A DNA stretch of 64,000 nt from Candidatus Dojkabacteria bacterium (lineage in GTDB: Bacteria; Patescibacteriota; Dojkabacteria; SC72), in contig JACPFP010000003.1 in NCBI GenBank assembly GCA_016182915.1, positions 8,806 through 72,805 on the forward strand, in the 5' to 3' direction. Of this stretch, positions 1 through 10,168 are shown one piece after another. The notes below the pieces were generated by a model. The model ran no database searches, was not told where the DNA came from, and was given only the letters and a program-made list of their open reading frames with translations. A program made the translations under genes and the position numbers. Positions within the stretch are counted from its first letter, which is position 1. Each line of letters starts with the position of its first letter.

Positions 1-1
1 C

Positions 2-1153
2 AATAATATTGCATATCTTGATATAAGCCAAGGGAGTGAAGCAGACAATCCTAAATCTCTTGTTATTTACAATACTGAAACCAAAGAGAAACAAACTGCT
101 TTTCCCAAATTAAACTTTGCAAAGGATACTTCAATCTCAATTGGGAAATGGTCTCCTTCTGGGCAGTATCTGCCAATAGTAACCAGTTCCTTTATCAACG
201 GTAGCTATCAGGAAGGTGAAAGCTATTTCTTTTTCTATGATTCTGCAACAAAAGACTTAATTCAAGCTATACATGTTCCTCACAATAATACCCTTGAAAA
301 CAGATGGATGGATACTGGATACTTGGAAACAACAGGGAGTTGGATAAATGAAACCGACTTTTTAATCAGTATGGAACCGAAAGAGACAAGTACATACTCG
401 GAGCTGAGTATTAAGTACCTTAATGTCTCAGGTGAGCTAAAAGAATATAGCGTAACGGCAGATACAAATAGTCCTGTAAAGAAGGGTATTCAGAATTTAT
501 ATAAGAGTAATGTATCTTCTTTTAAAAGTAGAAGTACGGGGACTTCAGTAAGCTACTATGATTTTAAGTATAGGAATATAAGTTACAAACTTCTATCCAG
601 CGAAGATGAACCGAAGGGAGTTTTAAACGGTAATCTTATAACCCTATATACACCAAAAGGTATAAATCTTTTATCTGACTCTGCTGAGCTTGATCAAATT
701 GAAGGTGAAACCCCAGAGGAACAACTTACAAGAGCTATTGATCTTCTCTATCCAAAAGGTAAAGATACTTTGATATTTTCAGATATAGATGGGAAGAGGG
801 TTAAAGAGATTGCATTACCATATGAAGAGTGGAGAAGTGATGAGGTTATCGTTAACGATGATGAAAACTATATAATAGCTCATCAATCTGAACGGACAAT
901 CTCACCTACCAAGGTCAGGTACCTTAAAGTATCAGAAGATGGAACTGTTGAGATTCTATATGAGGGAATTCCATCTACTCTAATTCTTGAGCCAAGAATT
1001 AGGCTCTCACAAAACCGGGATTCTCTTCTCGTTCCTACTGGACCATCGAGCTACTCATTTATTAATCTTGTAACTAAAGCAAACTCCGTAATATGCGAGA
1101 AGTGTACAAACCTTCAGATAAACAATCCATGGATTAGTAGGATAGTATATTAA
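2..1153 (+). CDS. Hypothetical protein, 5' end outside the window; possible PD40/TolB-like beta-propeller repeats.
   Basis: The frame of ORF 308..1153 stays open back to position 2 with no stop. The upstream translation (..WSPSGQYLPIVTSS..) resembles PD40-type repeats. No catalytic motif was recognised. Confidence 0.4.
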   Translation, partial: NNIAYLDISQGSEADNPKSLVIYNTETKEKQTAFPKLNFAKDTSISIGKWSPSGQYLPIVTSSFINGSYQEGESYFFFYDSATKDLIQAIHVPHNNTLENRWMDTGYLETTGSWINETDFLISMEPKETSTYSELSIKYLNVSGELKEYSVTADTNSPVKKGIQNLYKSNVSSFKSRSTGTSVSYYDFKYRNISYKLLSSEDEPKGVLNGNLITLYTPKGINLLSDSAELDQIEGETPEEQLTRAIDLLYPKGKDTLIFSDIDGKRVKEIALPYEEWRSDEVIVNDDENYIIAHQSERTISPTKVRYLKVSEDGTVEILYEGIPSTLILEPRIRLSQNRDSLLVPTGPSSYSFINLVTKANSVICEKCTNLQINNPWISRIVY

Positions 1154-1239
1154 GGTAAGTTCGATATTGATTGTAAAAGCCAACATTTTCTTACCATGTT
1201 ATCCAATCTCCCCTTTTAGCTTAGTGATATAATCCAACT

Positions 1240-1902
1240 ATGAAAATACTATTAGTTGAAGATGAGATAGCTTTAAGAAAACCTGTAAAGCGATATTTAG
1301 AAGGAAAGAAGTTTGAAGTAGATGAGGCAGGAGACGGCAACCAGGTTCTAGAGCTCGTTTCCCTCAATGAATACGATTGTATCCTGCTTGATTTAAATAT
1401 TCCCGAAATTGATGGAATTGAAGTTTGTAAAAGACTAAGAACCGATGGAAACCCAACTCCGGTAATTATGCTCACTGCAAGATCCCAAATGTATGACAAG
1501 TTAGAAGGTCTCGATTGCGGTGCCGATGACTACATAACCAAACCCTTTAATCTAAAAGAGGTTGTTGCAAGGATTAATTCTGTAATTAGAAGAAACAGCC
1601 TAAATAAAACAGTTACGCTCACTCTTGAAGATTGGGAGATAAATGAAGGTAATAATACCGCTAGAAACAGCAAGACACAGAAAACGATTGAGCTAAGCAA
1701 TAAAGAAATTGGTATCCTCATCTTTCTAATTCGAAACAAGGGATCCATTGTATCCCCAGAGATACTGCTGGAACATGTGTGGGACAGCCAAATAAATGGT
1801 TTCAGTGATACGGTCAAAACACATATTAAAACTTTAAGAAAGAAAATTGATCCCAATAAAACTTTAATAAGAACAGTCAAAGGTAAGGGATACATAGTTT
1901 GA
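1240..1902 (+). CDS. Two-component response regulator, OmpR/PhoB family (receiver plus winged-helix).
   Basis: N-terminal receiver signature MKILLVEDE..LLDLNIPEIDG..ITKPF with the phospho-acceptor Asp context. C-terminal winged-helix DNA-binding region (..TVKGKGY). Confidence 0.9.
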   Translation: MKILLVEDEIALRKPVKRYLEGKKFEVDEAGDGNQVLELVSLNEYDCILLDLNIPEIDGIEVCKRLRTDGNPTPVIMLTARSQMYDKLEGLDCGADDYITKPFNLKEVVARINSVIRRNSLNKTVTLTLEDWEINEGNNTARNSKTQKTIELSNKEIGILIFLIRNKGSIVSPEILLEHVWDSQINGFSDTVKTHIKTLRKKIDPNKTLIRTVKGKGYIV

Positions 1903-1964
1903 AACTTCACAAACAGTTCACCTTGGTGTGATATATGTAAGATATTAATATAAATCTCTTACAT

Positions 1965-2669
1965 ATGGATAAATCAGAAAAGATACTTGAGATTGTTGAT
2001 TTGAGCAAGAAGTACAAAGAGTACAGCAGTGAGGTTGTGGCTCTGGATTCCGTTTCTTTCTCCCTGAAAAATGGTGAGGACGTAGCAATTCTTGGCCCCT
2101 CAGGATCGGGTAAAACTACCCTCCTCCAGCTCTCAGGGGGACTAGATAAATCAACTTCTGGTGAAGTAATTGTTGATGGGGTTAATATCAATAACTTAAG
2201 TGATAGAGAGCTCTCGGCATTTAGAAATAAAAGAATGGGATTCATATTTCAGATGATAAACCTTCACGACTTCTTTACCGCCAAAGAAAATATAATGGTT
2301 CCGATGCTAATTAATAACGTAAGTAATAGAGAGGCTGGCCTAAGAGCTATGGAACTACTTAAGAAGATGGGGATGGAAAACAGAGCTAACCACCTTCCAA
2401 AGCAGCTATCCGGAGGTGAACAACAACGAGTTGCAGTTGCAAGAGCGTTGGCAAATAATCCCCAAATTGTTTTCGCCGATGAGCCTACAGGTAAATTAGA
2501 TAAGAAGAATTCAGAACTAATTGTTGAACTTCTTGAGGATATCTCCCATGAGCGAGGAACTAGTGTCGTAATGATTACCCATGATGAGAATATTGCAAAA
2601 AGATTTTCCCGAATTATAAAAATGAATGGTGGGAAACTTGTATCTGATATTACTTTAAAAAATAAATAG
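1965..2669 (+). CDS. ABC transporter ATP-binding protein, MacB/LolD/FtsE-like.
   Basis: Walker A GPSGSGKTT, ABC signature LSGGEQQRVAVARAL and Walker B IVFADEPTG. Its stop overlaps the start of the downstream permease. Confidence 0.9.
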   Translation: MDKSEKILEIVDLSKKYKEYSSEVVALDSVSFSLKNGEDVAILGPSGSGKTTLLQLSGGLDKSTSGEVIVDGVNINNLSDRELSAFRNKRMGFIFQMINLHDFFTAKENIMVPMLINNVSNREAGLRAMELLKKMGMENRANHLPKQLSGGEQQRVAVARALANNPQIVFADEPTGKLDKKNSELIVELLEDISHERGTSVVMITHDENIAKRFSRIIKMNGGKLVSDITLKNK

Positions 2670-2670
2670 T

Positions 2671-4515
2671 ATGAAAATAACAGAAATATTACGTATAAAC
2701 TCAAAGAAACTAAAAAAGAAGTTTGGTAAATCACTCTTCTTAATTATTCCAGTTACCATACTGATGGCTCTAAGTGTAGTTATCGGTAGTCAGGTTGAGA
2801 ATATTAAAGGGGCAATAGAAGGAACAGTCTTTGATACAATTTCAAACCAATATAGATTAATTCAGATTGCAATCCAGGAGAAGGAATTCGATCCAAGAAG
2901 CTTCCTACAGGGTAGTACAGATGATAGTAGTACTCAAACTAAGTATTCAGAATCTGATGTCGAAACTATATCTGCAATCGATGGTGTTCAATCTGCTTCC
3001 CTTCTCTCTTCTATTCCGATAAGGAATATTAAAACTACAGACCTGGTAAAAGAGAAGGCAATCTCATTTTCACAGCTGTATGCTTTAGATTCCTCAACGG
3101 CTTCCTTGTATACCGATTCCGATTTTACATATGAAGAAGGTAAGGAGATACCAATAATCTTAAATACAAGCTCGCTTATACATAGATATGAGGATTGGAA
3201 TGGAAAGGATAAGGTGTCTTTTGATATGAGCAAAGCCTTCTCAGAACCAAACTCTGAAGGACCAGCAAGACTCTCAATAAATAAGGAGGAGGCTATTGCA
3301 CTAACAAAAGAGGACCTTATAGGTAAAACCTTTACCCTCTCTTTTGGAGGACTTGATGATATTCAAGACTATACTGTTACCAGGGATGGAACATCGATAA
3401 CCTTCAATAAGCTAACTACAGATGAGTACAATAAGAAGGTTGAAGATAGAAAAGCTTCTATTGCTAAGTATTGGGACTATTCTAAAATATCTAAACCTGC
3501 AACCTATACTTTCAAAGTTGTAGGGGTTATAGAGGATAGTACAAACCAGATTAACTACGTTCCTGACGAATTCGCTAATGCTGTTATCAAAGACTACGTA
3601 AGTAATGAGATTAATGCTCGAGTGAAGAGTATTGATAACGACCTTCTTAATTCTGATTACTTAGGATTTACCTATAATGGTGATGAATTCTCAAATGGCG
3701 GTGGAAGTATAATTGGACAGATAGGAAAAAGGTTCGAAGGTGCAGTTCATATTGCAGGTGAAGAAAGACCAAGAGTTGGAGGTGGCTTTGTTGGGTCAAT
3801 TGATTTTAAAGCGGAGGATGTTAACTTTAGTGCCATTACAATCCCTGGACTTGTAATCCTTGTTGATTCTTCAAATAAAGTTACAGGGGTAAATACAGAT
3901 CCAGATATCTATACTAAGGCAAATAAATATGGTGATAAAATGAATATTGTCCTTGTTGACTCAACAAAGAGGGAAAGTGTAATCGCTAAGCTTAACAAAG
4001 CAGGATTTTCATATCAGGATAATAATCAGGTTGAAGTCCTTTCAAAGCTTCAATCAAGTCTTGGTAGTCTTGCACAGTGGTTTATGATTGCCTTCGTTGT
4101 TCTTCTTGCCTCAGTTATAGTACTTACAATGAGTAAGTTTATCTCCGAAGCAATTAAAGAAATTGGTATATTTAGAGCCCTTGGTATGACTGAGATAAAT
4201 ATACTTGTGATGTTTATAACGCAAACTATCATGTACGTCCTTACAGGATATATATTCGGTGTTGCCTTAGGCTATGTTCTAAACCAAGTAACAGGAGTGT
4301 TTGTTAATACATGGTTTATCCAATTTATTAAGGATACTGTATCTCAATCGTATAGTGTGGTATCAACCGTAGATTCTACCCTCTTTATGAATACTAATTG
4401 GGGGAACATACTAATATATACAGCGGTATTATTTGCGATTTCTCTAATAATATCTATAATCCCAAGTATGAGTGCAGCTAAGGTCTCACCTGTGGAAGCA
4501 ATTAAAAGTGAATAA
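2671..4515 (+). CDS. ABC transporter permease, MacB/FtsX-type with a large extracytoplasmic domain.
   Basis: One N-terminal TM helix, a roughly 400-aa extracytoplasmic region, then three C-terminal TM helices typical of the FtsX fold. Translationally coupled to the upstream ATPase. Confidence 0.8.
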   Translation: MKITEILRINSKKLKKKFGKSLFLIIPVTILMALSVVIGSQVENIKGAIEGTVFDTISNQYRLIQIAIQEKEFDPRSFLQGSTDDSSTQTKYSESDVETISAIDGVQSASLLSSIPIRNIKTTDLVKEKAISFSQLYALDSSTASLYTDSDFTYEEGKEIPIILNTSSLIHRYEDWNGKDKVSFDMSKAFSEPNSEGPARLSINKEEAIALTKEDLIGKTFTLSFGGLDDIQDYTVTRDGTSITFNKLTTDEYNKKVEDRKASIAKYWDYSKISKPATYTFKVVGVIEDSTNQINYVPDEFANAVIKDYVSNEINARVKSIDNDLLNSDYLGFTYNGDEFSNGGGSIIGQIGKRFEGAVHIAGEERPRVGGGFVGSIDFKAEDVNFSAITIPGLVILVDSSNKVTGVNTDPDIYTKANKYGDKMNIVLVDSTKRESVIAKLNKAGFSYQDNNQVEVLSKLQSSLGSLAQWFMIAFVVLLASVIVLTMSKFISEAIKEIGIFRALGMTEINILVMFITQTIMYVLTGYIFGVALGYVLNQVTGVFVNTWFIQFIKDTVSQSYSVVSTVDSTLFMNTNWGNILIYTAVLFAISLIISIIPSMSAAKVSPVEAIKSE

Positions 4516-4520
4516 TTGAA

Positions 4521-5636
4521 ATGGAGATATTCAAGTCCTTAAAATTTAAACTAACCCTTGTTTACTCAGTTATCCTAATCATGTTCTGTGGCTCTTTTAT
4601 ATTCACATTTAACTTGGCTTTGTCTCGGGTTATTGTTCCAAAGGCTCCTCCAAGTAATGCCTTTATAGTTAGGTTTAGCCAGTTTTCAGATAGGGACTAT
4701 GAAATTGTAAAGCTGTCGCGTGAACATGATTTAGAGCAGATTAGGCGAGTGTCTCTGTACTCCCTAATCCCTCTAACCCTTCTTAGTTTTGTAGCCGGAT
4801 ATGCAATTTCTGATATTCTTCTAAAACCCATTGAAAACCTTAACGAACAGATTAAGCGTAAAACAACTAGGAATCTAGGTGAAAAGATTGAGTATGAAGA
4901 TAACGGGGATGAAGTATCTCAACTGACACAGAGTTTTAATACGATGTCTTCCAGGCTTGCCAGTTCTTTTGAGAAGCAGAAAGAGTTTGTACAGAATGCA
5001 TCCCATGAGATTAAAACCCCTCTAGCAATTATTAATGCTAATTTAGATAATGCACTGGAATATAGGGAGCTAAAGAGAGGTGAATTAGAAAAGATCCTTA
5101 TGGACTCAAAAACTTCGGTTGAATTTATGAGCAAGCTTACGGAAGACCTTCTTCTTCTTTCTTTTGTAGATAATGATATTAAGTTTGAAAAAATCTCCCT
5201 TAATAAAACGTTAGATAACGCTATCGAAATATCAAGTCGTTTAATTAAGAGGGATGGATTTAAGATTGATTTCCGTAGGGGTAAAGATATAACAATAAAC
5301 GGGAATCCAACGCTAGTAACTAGAGCATTCCAGAATATTATAGAGAACTCTATTAAGTACTCTAACGGTTCTCATATCTCAATTGAACATTCAAAGGGGG
5401 ATAAAGAAGTTGTTGTTATATTAGAGGATGACGGTAATGGAATTAGTCAGAAGTATAAGGAGAAGATATTTGAAAGATTCTTTAGAGTGGATAGATCCAG
5501 GTCGAGGAAAACAGGGGGAACAGGTTTAGGCTTAGCTATCTCAAAAGAGATATTTCAGAAACATGGAGGTGATATTACATTAGAAGAGAGCAGTAAGGGA
5601 GCAAAATTCAGTGTGGTACTGCCTATAATCAGTTAG
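4521..5636 (+). CDS. Sensor histidine kinase.
   Basis: Two N-terminal TM helices, an H-box ASHEIKTPLA, N/G boxes and GGTGLGLAISKEI (HATPase_c). Confidence 0.9.
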   Translation: MEIFKSLKFKLTLVYSVILIMFCGSFIFTFNLALSRVIVPKAPPSNAFIVRFSQFSDRDYEIVKLSREHDLEQIRRVSLYSLIPLTLLSFVAGYAISDILLKPIENLNEQIKRKTTRNLGEKIEYEDNGDEVSQLTQSFNTMSSRLASSFEKQKEFVQNASHEIKTPLAIINANLDNALEYRELKRGELEKILMDSKTSVEFMSKLTEDLLLLSFVDNDIKFEKISLNKTLDNAIEISSRLIKRDGFKIDFRRGKDITINGNPTLVTRAFQNIIENSIKYSNGSHISIEHSKGDKEVVVILEDDGNGISQKYKEKIFERFFRVDRSRSRKTGGTGLGLAISKEIFQKHGGDITLEESSKGAKFSVVLPIIS

Positions 5637-5708
5637 AAGATTGTCGAATTCCTCATAACTTTTTTTCCTATATTACTCAATTTGTAAAATCAACAGTTAA
5701 ACGATATA

Positions 5709-6230
5709 GTGAAAATTGTAATGAACTCTGAAAATCTTAAACAGATATATAAAAACAACATTAGTTCACTATATAAGTTCTTCTTTTTCAAAACCCTAAA
5801 TAGGGATATAGCTGAAGACTTAACAAGTGAGACCTTTCTAATCCTTGCAAAACAGAACAATGAGATTGAGATAGAATCCGTAGATGCATATTTAAAAGGT
5901 ATCGCCAGAAATGTCTTTAACTCATACTTAAGAAGAAAGTATAAATCACCCGAAGTATCTGTTAATAATGAAAGATTTGAGGATATTTCAGAGAAGGAAG
6001 AAGCTGATGATAACGGACATGATTACACAGCTATGCTTTCAAAACTCCTTCCATACTTCCCTAATAGCCAACGTATAGTAATGGAACTTCGATTTATACA
6101 GAAACTTTCGATACAAGAGATTGCTAAGAAACTTGGAAAGAACGAAAATTATGTAAGTACAACTCAAAAAAGAGCTTTTAAGACACTACGGAAGATACTA
6201 AGTGTACAGAAGAAACAACTAATATTATAG
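5709..6230 (+). CDS. RNA polymerase sigma factor, ECF (sigma-70 regions 2 and 4).
   Basis: Region 4 HTH ..LSIQEIAKKLGKNENYVSTTQKRAFKTLRK. The size is typical of ECF sigma factors. The track start at 5709 is GTG, and the ATG at 5721 (MNSEN..) is an alternative start. Confidence 0.75.
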   Translation: MKIVMNSENLKQIYKNNISSLYKFFFFKTLNRDIAEDLTSETFLILAKQNNEIEIESVDAYLKGIARNVFNSYLRRKYKSPEVSVNNERFEDISEKEEADDNGHDYTAMLSKLLPYFPNSQRIVMELRFIQKLSIQEIAKKLGKNENYVSTTQKRAFKTLRKILSVQKKQLIL

Positions 6231-6240
6231 AGGAACAATT

Positions 6241-8061
6241 ATGAGAAACGATGAGCAAACCCTTAAAAATATATTTGAAGAGTCTGCAGCTCCAAATAGA
6301 GCCTTTGTTAAAGGGCTTGAAAAAAGGGTTATATCTGAGTTTCAAAATGATACACCTCATAATAATTTTATTTCCCAACTATTTATGAAAATACCGTCAA
6401 ACCCCCTTAAGTTTGGGGTGTTAACCCTTGGGGCAATACTCTTTGTCGGCGTATCGGGAGGTGCATCGTACTATGCGTACGATACATATATTCGAACTCC
6501 AGCAGAGAAAAAAGAGCAGAATATTCTTGCTCAGATTGCCTTACGTAATCCATCTGGAAATTCTAGTGCCTATGATATGGCAAAATCAGCCAGCGCTACA
6601 ACTGAGAGTACAGATATGATGCTAGCCCCTGAAGCAATGAATAGAGATTATAACTATCGAAAGACCACTACAACATATAATGAAGGACCAAGCGCTTCAA
6701 AGTGTAGGATAGCGCTCCCTTATCAGGGCGGTGTTACAAAAGATGAAACATATCAGTACTTTATAGATGAAAAAGAGTGGGTTGCTACATATTCTAAATA
6801 TACTGTCTATATTGGTGACGACATCTATGATTACAATTTAAATGTAAAGGATGAACAGTGGTCATACAAAGGGGGACAGTATGCAGTTCATACTACTAAT
6901 GTAGAAAAGATAGCTAACCTATTGGAAAGTGAATCCGTTGATTCAGGCGCAACCGGTACTGTTAATGATGCTCCTGTTATCAAGGATGAAGAGCCAACAA
7001 CCATTGCAGATCCTGGGATTGCGCGATTTGGAGATGATGCTAAGATTATAGATACTGTTACTAGAGATGGTCGTGAGTACTACAAGATTCAGTGGAGCTA
7101 CAATATCGGTTGTAGTGAAATAACTGACAAAGATACTGTTTCCTTGGATATGGATACTAAATCAGTAACCGTAGCTTTAGCAGATGCTAAAACATATGAA
7201 ATTGTAGAAGAATCTATCTTCCTTACAAATACTGATGAAAGTAACAGGTTGTACACAAGAAATACTGAAGATACTACTAAGACAGTCGATCTAAGTGAGG
7301 TACAGAGTAATTTCAAATTTTCTTTCAGTGTACCTGTAAAGACATATGATGTCTCTAAATACGATTATACTAAGGCAGTAATCGATTACTTGAAACAGAA
7401 TAATTTAGATGTTCTCAAGGTGAACTCAACTGGGTATGAGCTAGAATCAGTAAGTAGTGCCTATGTTAGCGTAGTTCCTGATTATCAGAAGAACTTAATC
7501 GATCGTGCATTCTATTCATCTAAACCATACGGTGAAAAGTTGTATAACGAATCTAAGGATATGTTTGCACCTTACATAGATGATGAGAGTTTGAATGCCG
7601 CATTACAACTGTCCTACTCTAAAGAAGGAGCAACTGATTATTCATGGATAGCACTCTCTGAATATAGTAAAGAGTATAGTGATTCGGCTCTTTTGAAAGC
7701 CATGTACTATGATAGTGGATATGCTGAGAACAAAGGAACGGTTAACCTTTTTATCGATGGTAAGGACGTTAGCGCCACTGTCTATTCACTAAAGGAAGAA
7801 ACTCTCGAGCAGCCAGGTTCTGGTGACGATCCTAATGTATCCCCAGAGACTTTGGAAAAATCAAGTGTCAGAGATTATCTAGTATTATTTACATATGAAA
7901 ATAGAAGCTATGTATTACAAACAAATGCTTCCACTTCAAAGCCTATTTCTGAACTAGGAAGTCTTATAAAGTTTAGTAGTGTATCAAGTACAGACACTAC
8001 TACCCTATCTGTGGCTTTAACTTCAAAGGTTGGTGTAGCAACAGATCTCATTTTGAAGTAA
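6241..8061 (+). CDS. Membrane-anchored extracytoplasmic protein, candidate anti-sigma factor.
   Basis: It lies immediately downstream of the ECF sigma gene. It has a short cytoplasmic N-terminus, one TM helix (FGVLTLGAILFVGVSGG) and a roughly 500-aa external domain. The function is inferred from this arrangement only. Confidence 0.45.
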   Translation: MRNDEQTLKNIFEESAAPNRAFVKGLEKRVISEFQNDTPHNNFISQLFMKIPSNPLKFGVLTLGAILFVGVSGGASYYAYDTYIRTPAEKKEQNILAQIALRNPSGNSSAYDMAKSASATTESTDMMLAPEAMNRDYNYRKTTTTYNEGPSASKCRIALPYQGGVTKDETYQYFIDEKEWVATYSKYTVYIGDDIYDYNLNVKDEQWSYKGGQYAVHTTNVEKIANLLESESVDSGATGTVNDAPVIKDEEPTTIADPGIARFGDDAKIIDTVTRDGREYYKIQWSYNIGCSEITDKDTVSLDMDTKSVTVALADAKTYEIVEESIFLTNTDESNRLYTRNTEDTTKTVDLSEVQSNFKFSFSVPVKTYDVSKYDYTKAVIDYLKQNNLDVLKVNSTGYELESVSSAYVSVVPDYQKNLIDRAFYSSKPYGEKLYNESKDMFAPYIDDESLNAALQLSYSKEGATDYSWIALSEYSKEYSDSALLKAMYYDSGYAENKGTVNLFIDGKDVSATVYSLKEETLEQPGSGDDPNVSPETLEKSSVRDYLVLFTYENRSYVLQTNASTSKPISELGSLIKFSSVSSTDTTTLSVALTSKVGVATDLILK

Positions 8062-8080
8062 CTTCGGCTATGGTTACAAT

Positions 8081-8105
8081 GGTGCTCTTGAATTTCAGGA
8101 GCACC
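8081..8105. terminator. Hairpin between convergent genes, candidate bidirectional terminator.
   Basis: A 10-bp stem GGTGCTCTTG/CAGGAGCACC with a 5-nt loop lies between the convergent stop codons at 8061 and 8117. There is no strong T-tract. Confidence 0.45.
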
Positions 8106-8116
8106 ATTAATAGGTG

Positions 8117-8542
8117 TTAGGAGTTATTGAATCTTCTCTTTGCTTCTTCAAAAGAAACTTTAATTATCTCTTTAAGTACATCAATATTTATATCGCTCAA
8201 TCTTTTTACATATAGACATCCTACACTCGTTTTATTCTTCCCTAATTTTTTAAGAAGATCGTCTAAAACTCCGAAGCTAGGCATTACATATAGTGTTAGG
8301 TTATCTTTTCTTGGTGAGAATCCCGTAAGTGGCCAATCGCCTTCCTGACGGCTTCTCTCGGATTTATAGTGATACTGTCCAAAGCCAATGATACTGCTTC
8401 CCCACATCTTCGCTTTCACCTTCGTTATGCTCTCAAATATTTTCAGTAGTTCTAATGAGTCTTTCTTCATCTGTTCATCTTTAACAGTATTTATGAAATC
8501 CTTTACACTTGCATCATTAACTTTTGTTTTTAACTCTGTCAT
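8117..8542 (-). CDS. DUF1801 (YdhG-like) domain protein.
   Basis: The motif ..MWGSSIIGFGQYHYKSE..GDWPLTGFSPRKDNLTLYVM.. matches my recollection of the DUF1801 family. Confidence 0.55.
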   Translation of the reverse strand: MTELKTKVNDASVKDFINTVKDEQMKKDSLELLKIFESITKVKAKMWGSSIIGFGQYHYKSERSRQEGDWPLTGFSPRKDNLTLYVMPSFGVLDDLLKKLGKNKTSVGCLYVKRLSDINIDVLKEIIKVSFEEAKRRFNNS

Positions 8543-8623
8543 AGTTTAATAATCATATTGTTTATATCTACATTCTATCAAAACTCCCGTTACTTAATAA
8601 TTGAGACTTGATATAATGTAAAT

Positions 8624-9193
8624 ATGAAAAAGAGCAAGAAAGAAGAAAAGATGCCTACTATTACTTTTAAGTCAGAGCTATTTAAAATTGGTTCGTGGAC
8701 ACTTCTTCGATTGCCTAAGAGTTCAAGTGAGAAACTTTCATCAAGAGGGTTGGCCATGACTGAAGGAACCATTAATGGCTTTAGATTTCAAACCGCTCTG
8801 GAACCAGATGGTAAAGGAAGCCATTGGTTTAAGGTTGATAAGGTAATGCGGGAAGCTGCTAAAGCCAAAGTTGGAGATACCGTTGAAGTAGTTTTAGAAC
8901 AATCAAGAGATTGGTCAGAACCAAAAGTACCATTAGATTTAAAGGAAGCTCTAGCTTCCGATTCCAAAGCATATGCTACATGGATTGATATAACTCCATT
9001 TGCTCGTTGGGAGTGGATTCGTTGGATAAGGGCTACAAAAAATCCTCAAACAAGGCAGAAACGTATTCTAGTTGCATGCTCAAAACTTAGATCAGGTGAT
9101 AGAAGGCCATGTTGCTTTAACAGTAGTCAGTGTACAGTACCATATGTATCCAATAATGGAATTCTTATGGAGCCAACGGCTTACTCTTCATAG
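8624..9193 (+). CDS. DUF1905 / YdeI-OmpD-associated family protein.
   Basis: The N-terminal region resembles DUF1905. The C-terminal region (..ITPFARWEWIRWI..RPCCF) resembles the YdeI/bacteriocin-protection family. Confidence 0.5.
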   Translation: MKKSKKEEKMPTITFKSELFKIGSWTLLRLPKSSSEKLSSRGLAMTEGTINGFRFQTALEPDGKGSHWFKVDKVMREAAKAKVGDTVEVVLEQSRDWSEPKVPLDLKEALASDSKAYATWIDITPFARWEWIRWIRATKNPQTRQKRILVACSKLRSGDRRPCCFNSSQCTVPYVSNNGILMEPTAYSS

Positions 9194-9984
9194 AAATACT
9201 CAAAAACCATAGGTAAGTTGTATATTGGAAGTGGTATCCACTTTACCGGGTAGGCAGAAGTAAAGGATTGCTTCTGACTCTTATATATTGCAATTCCCCG
9301 GCTTTTAGTTATGCTTCCGCTTAATCCTACGAATATCTTCATATTAGGATATTTTCTCTTTTCTTTGAATTTAGGATCCTTTGCCATATGTTCTGGTAAG
9401 GAAGCCATATCAAGTACTCTCTTTGAATTAGATGCATACCATAGTTTAATATTCTTTTCTTTTGCAATCTTTGTAACTATTTCAGAGGTAACAATATGGT
9501 CTGGATGTCCATAGAGTCCGGCGAGATCGTATGTAATTATTAAATCAGGTTGATATGATTCAGTTATTTTAATGATTTCCTTCTCCAAATTATCTCTCTG
9601 CTTCTCCATTCCATTATCTTCAAAGTCATATTGCGTAAAAGTCTTAACATTAAGGAGTTTTGAAATCTTCTTTGCTTCTTCTGAACGTATTTCTTTTAAA
9701 TTAAGGTCAACATTACCATTTGGGGTTCCCTTCTCCCCTTTTGAAAGAATAACCCAGGTAATATTTCTATCCTTTGAGTACTTTTTTATAAATCCCCCCG
9801 TTGTAAGGATTTCATCATCAGGATGAGGGTAGATCACTAGTATATTATGAATGTCTTTTGGAAGAGATTTAGTAGGTACTGAAAAATCATTTATTATAAA
9901 GAAGATAGTAATCTCCAATAGAAGAAGGAGGATTATGAGTAAGGAGATTAAAAGTATTCCAAAGATAATATATTTATCTAACAT
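9181..9984 (-). CDS. PIG-L/LmbE family N-acetylglucosaminyl deacetylase, membrane-anchored.
   Basis: N-terminal TM helix, then VIYPHPDDEILTTGG and HPDH, the zinc-binding motifs of the LmbE/PIG-L fold. Confidence 0.8.
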   Translation of the reverse strand: MLDKYIIFGILLISLLIILLLLLEITIFFIINDFSVPTKSLPKDIHNILVIYPHPDDEILTTGGFIKKYSKDRNITWVILSKGEKGTPNGNVDLNLKEIRSEEAKKISKLLNVKTFTQYDFEDNGMEKQRDNLEKEIIKITESYQPDLIITYDLAGLYGHPDHIVTSEIVTKIAKEKNIKLWYASNSKRVLDMASLPEHMAKDPKFKEKRKYPNMKIFVGLSGSITKSRGIAIYKSQKQSFTSAYPVKWIPLPIYNLPMVFEYFYEE

Positions 9985-10168
9985 AGAGCGATTGTAATAT
10001 AAAGAAAGGAAAAGATAAATCGCTAAATAGTACCTTAATAGTACCTTAGAATGTCTATTGCATTCCTTTAATCTAAGAAATGGCTTTATATTGATATCTT
10101 CTGTATAATGGTAGTGTAAAAGATATCCCTCGATTCAATTCCTTTACGAATACTTAATCAGTATACTT

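Noticed and set aside
1221-1910. Minus-strand ORFs (92 aa and 126 aa) overlapping the response-regulator gene.
   Set aside because: They are antisense to a motif-rich, confidently identified CDS and are typical shadow ORFs in AT-rich sequence.
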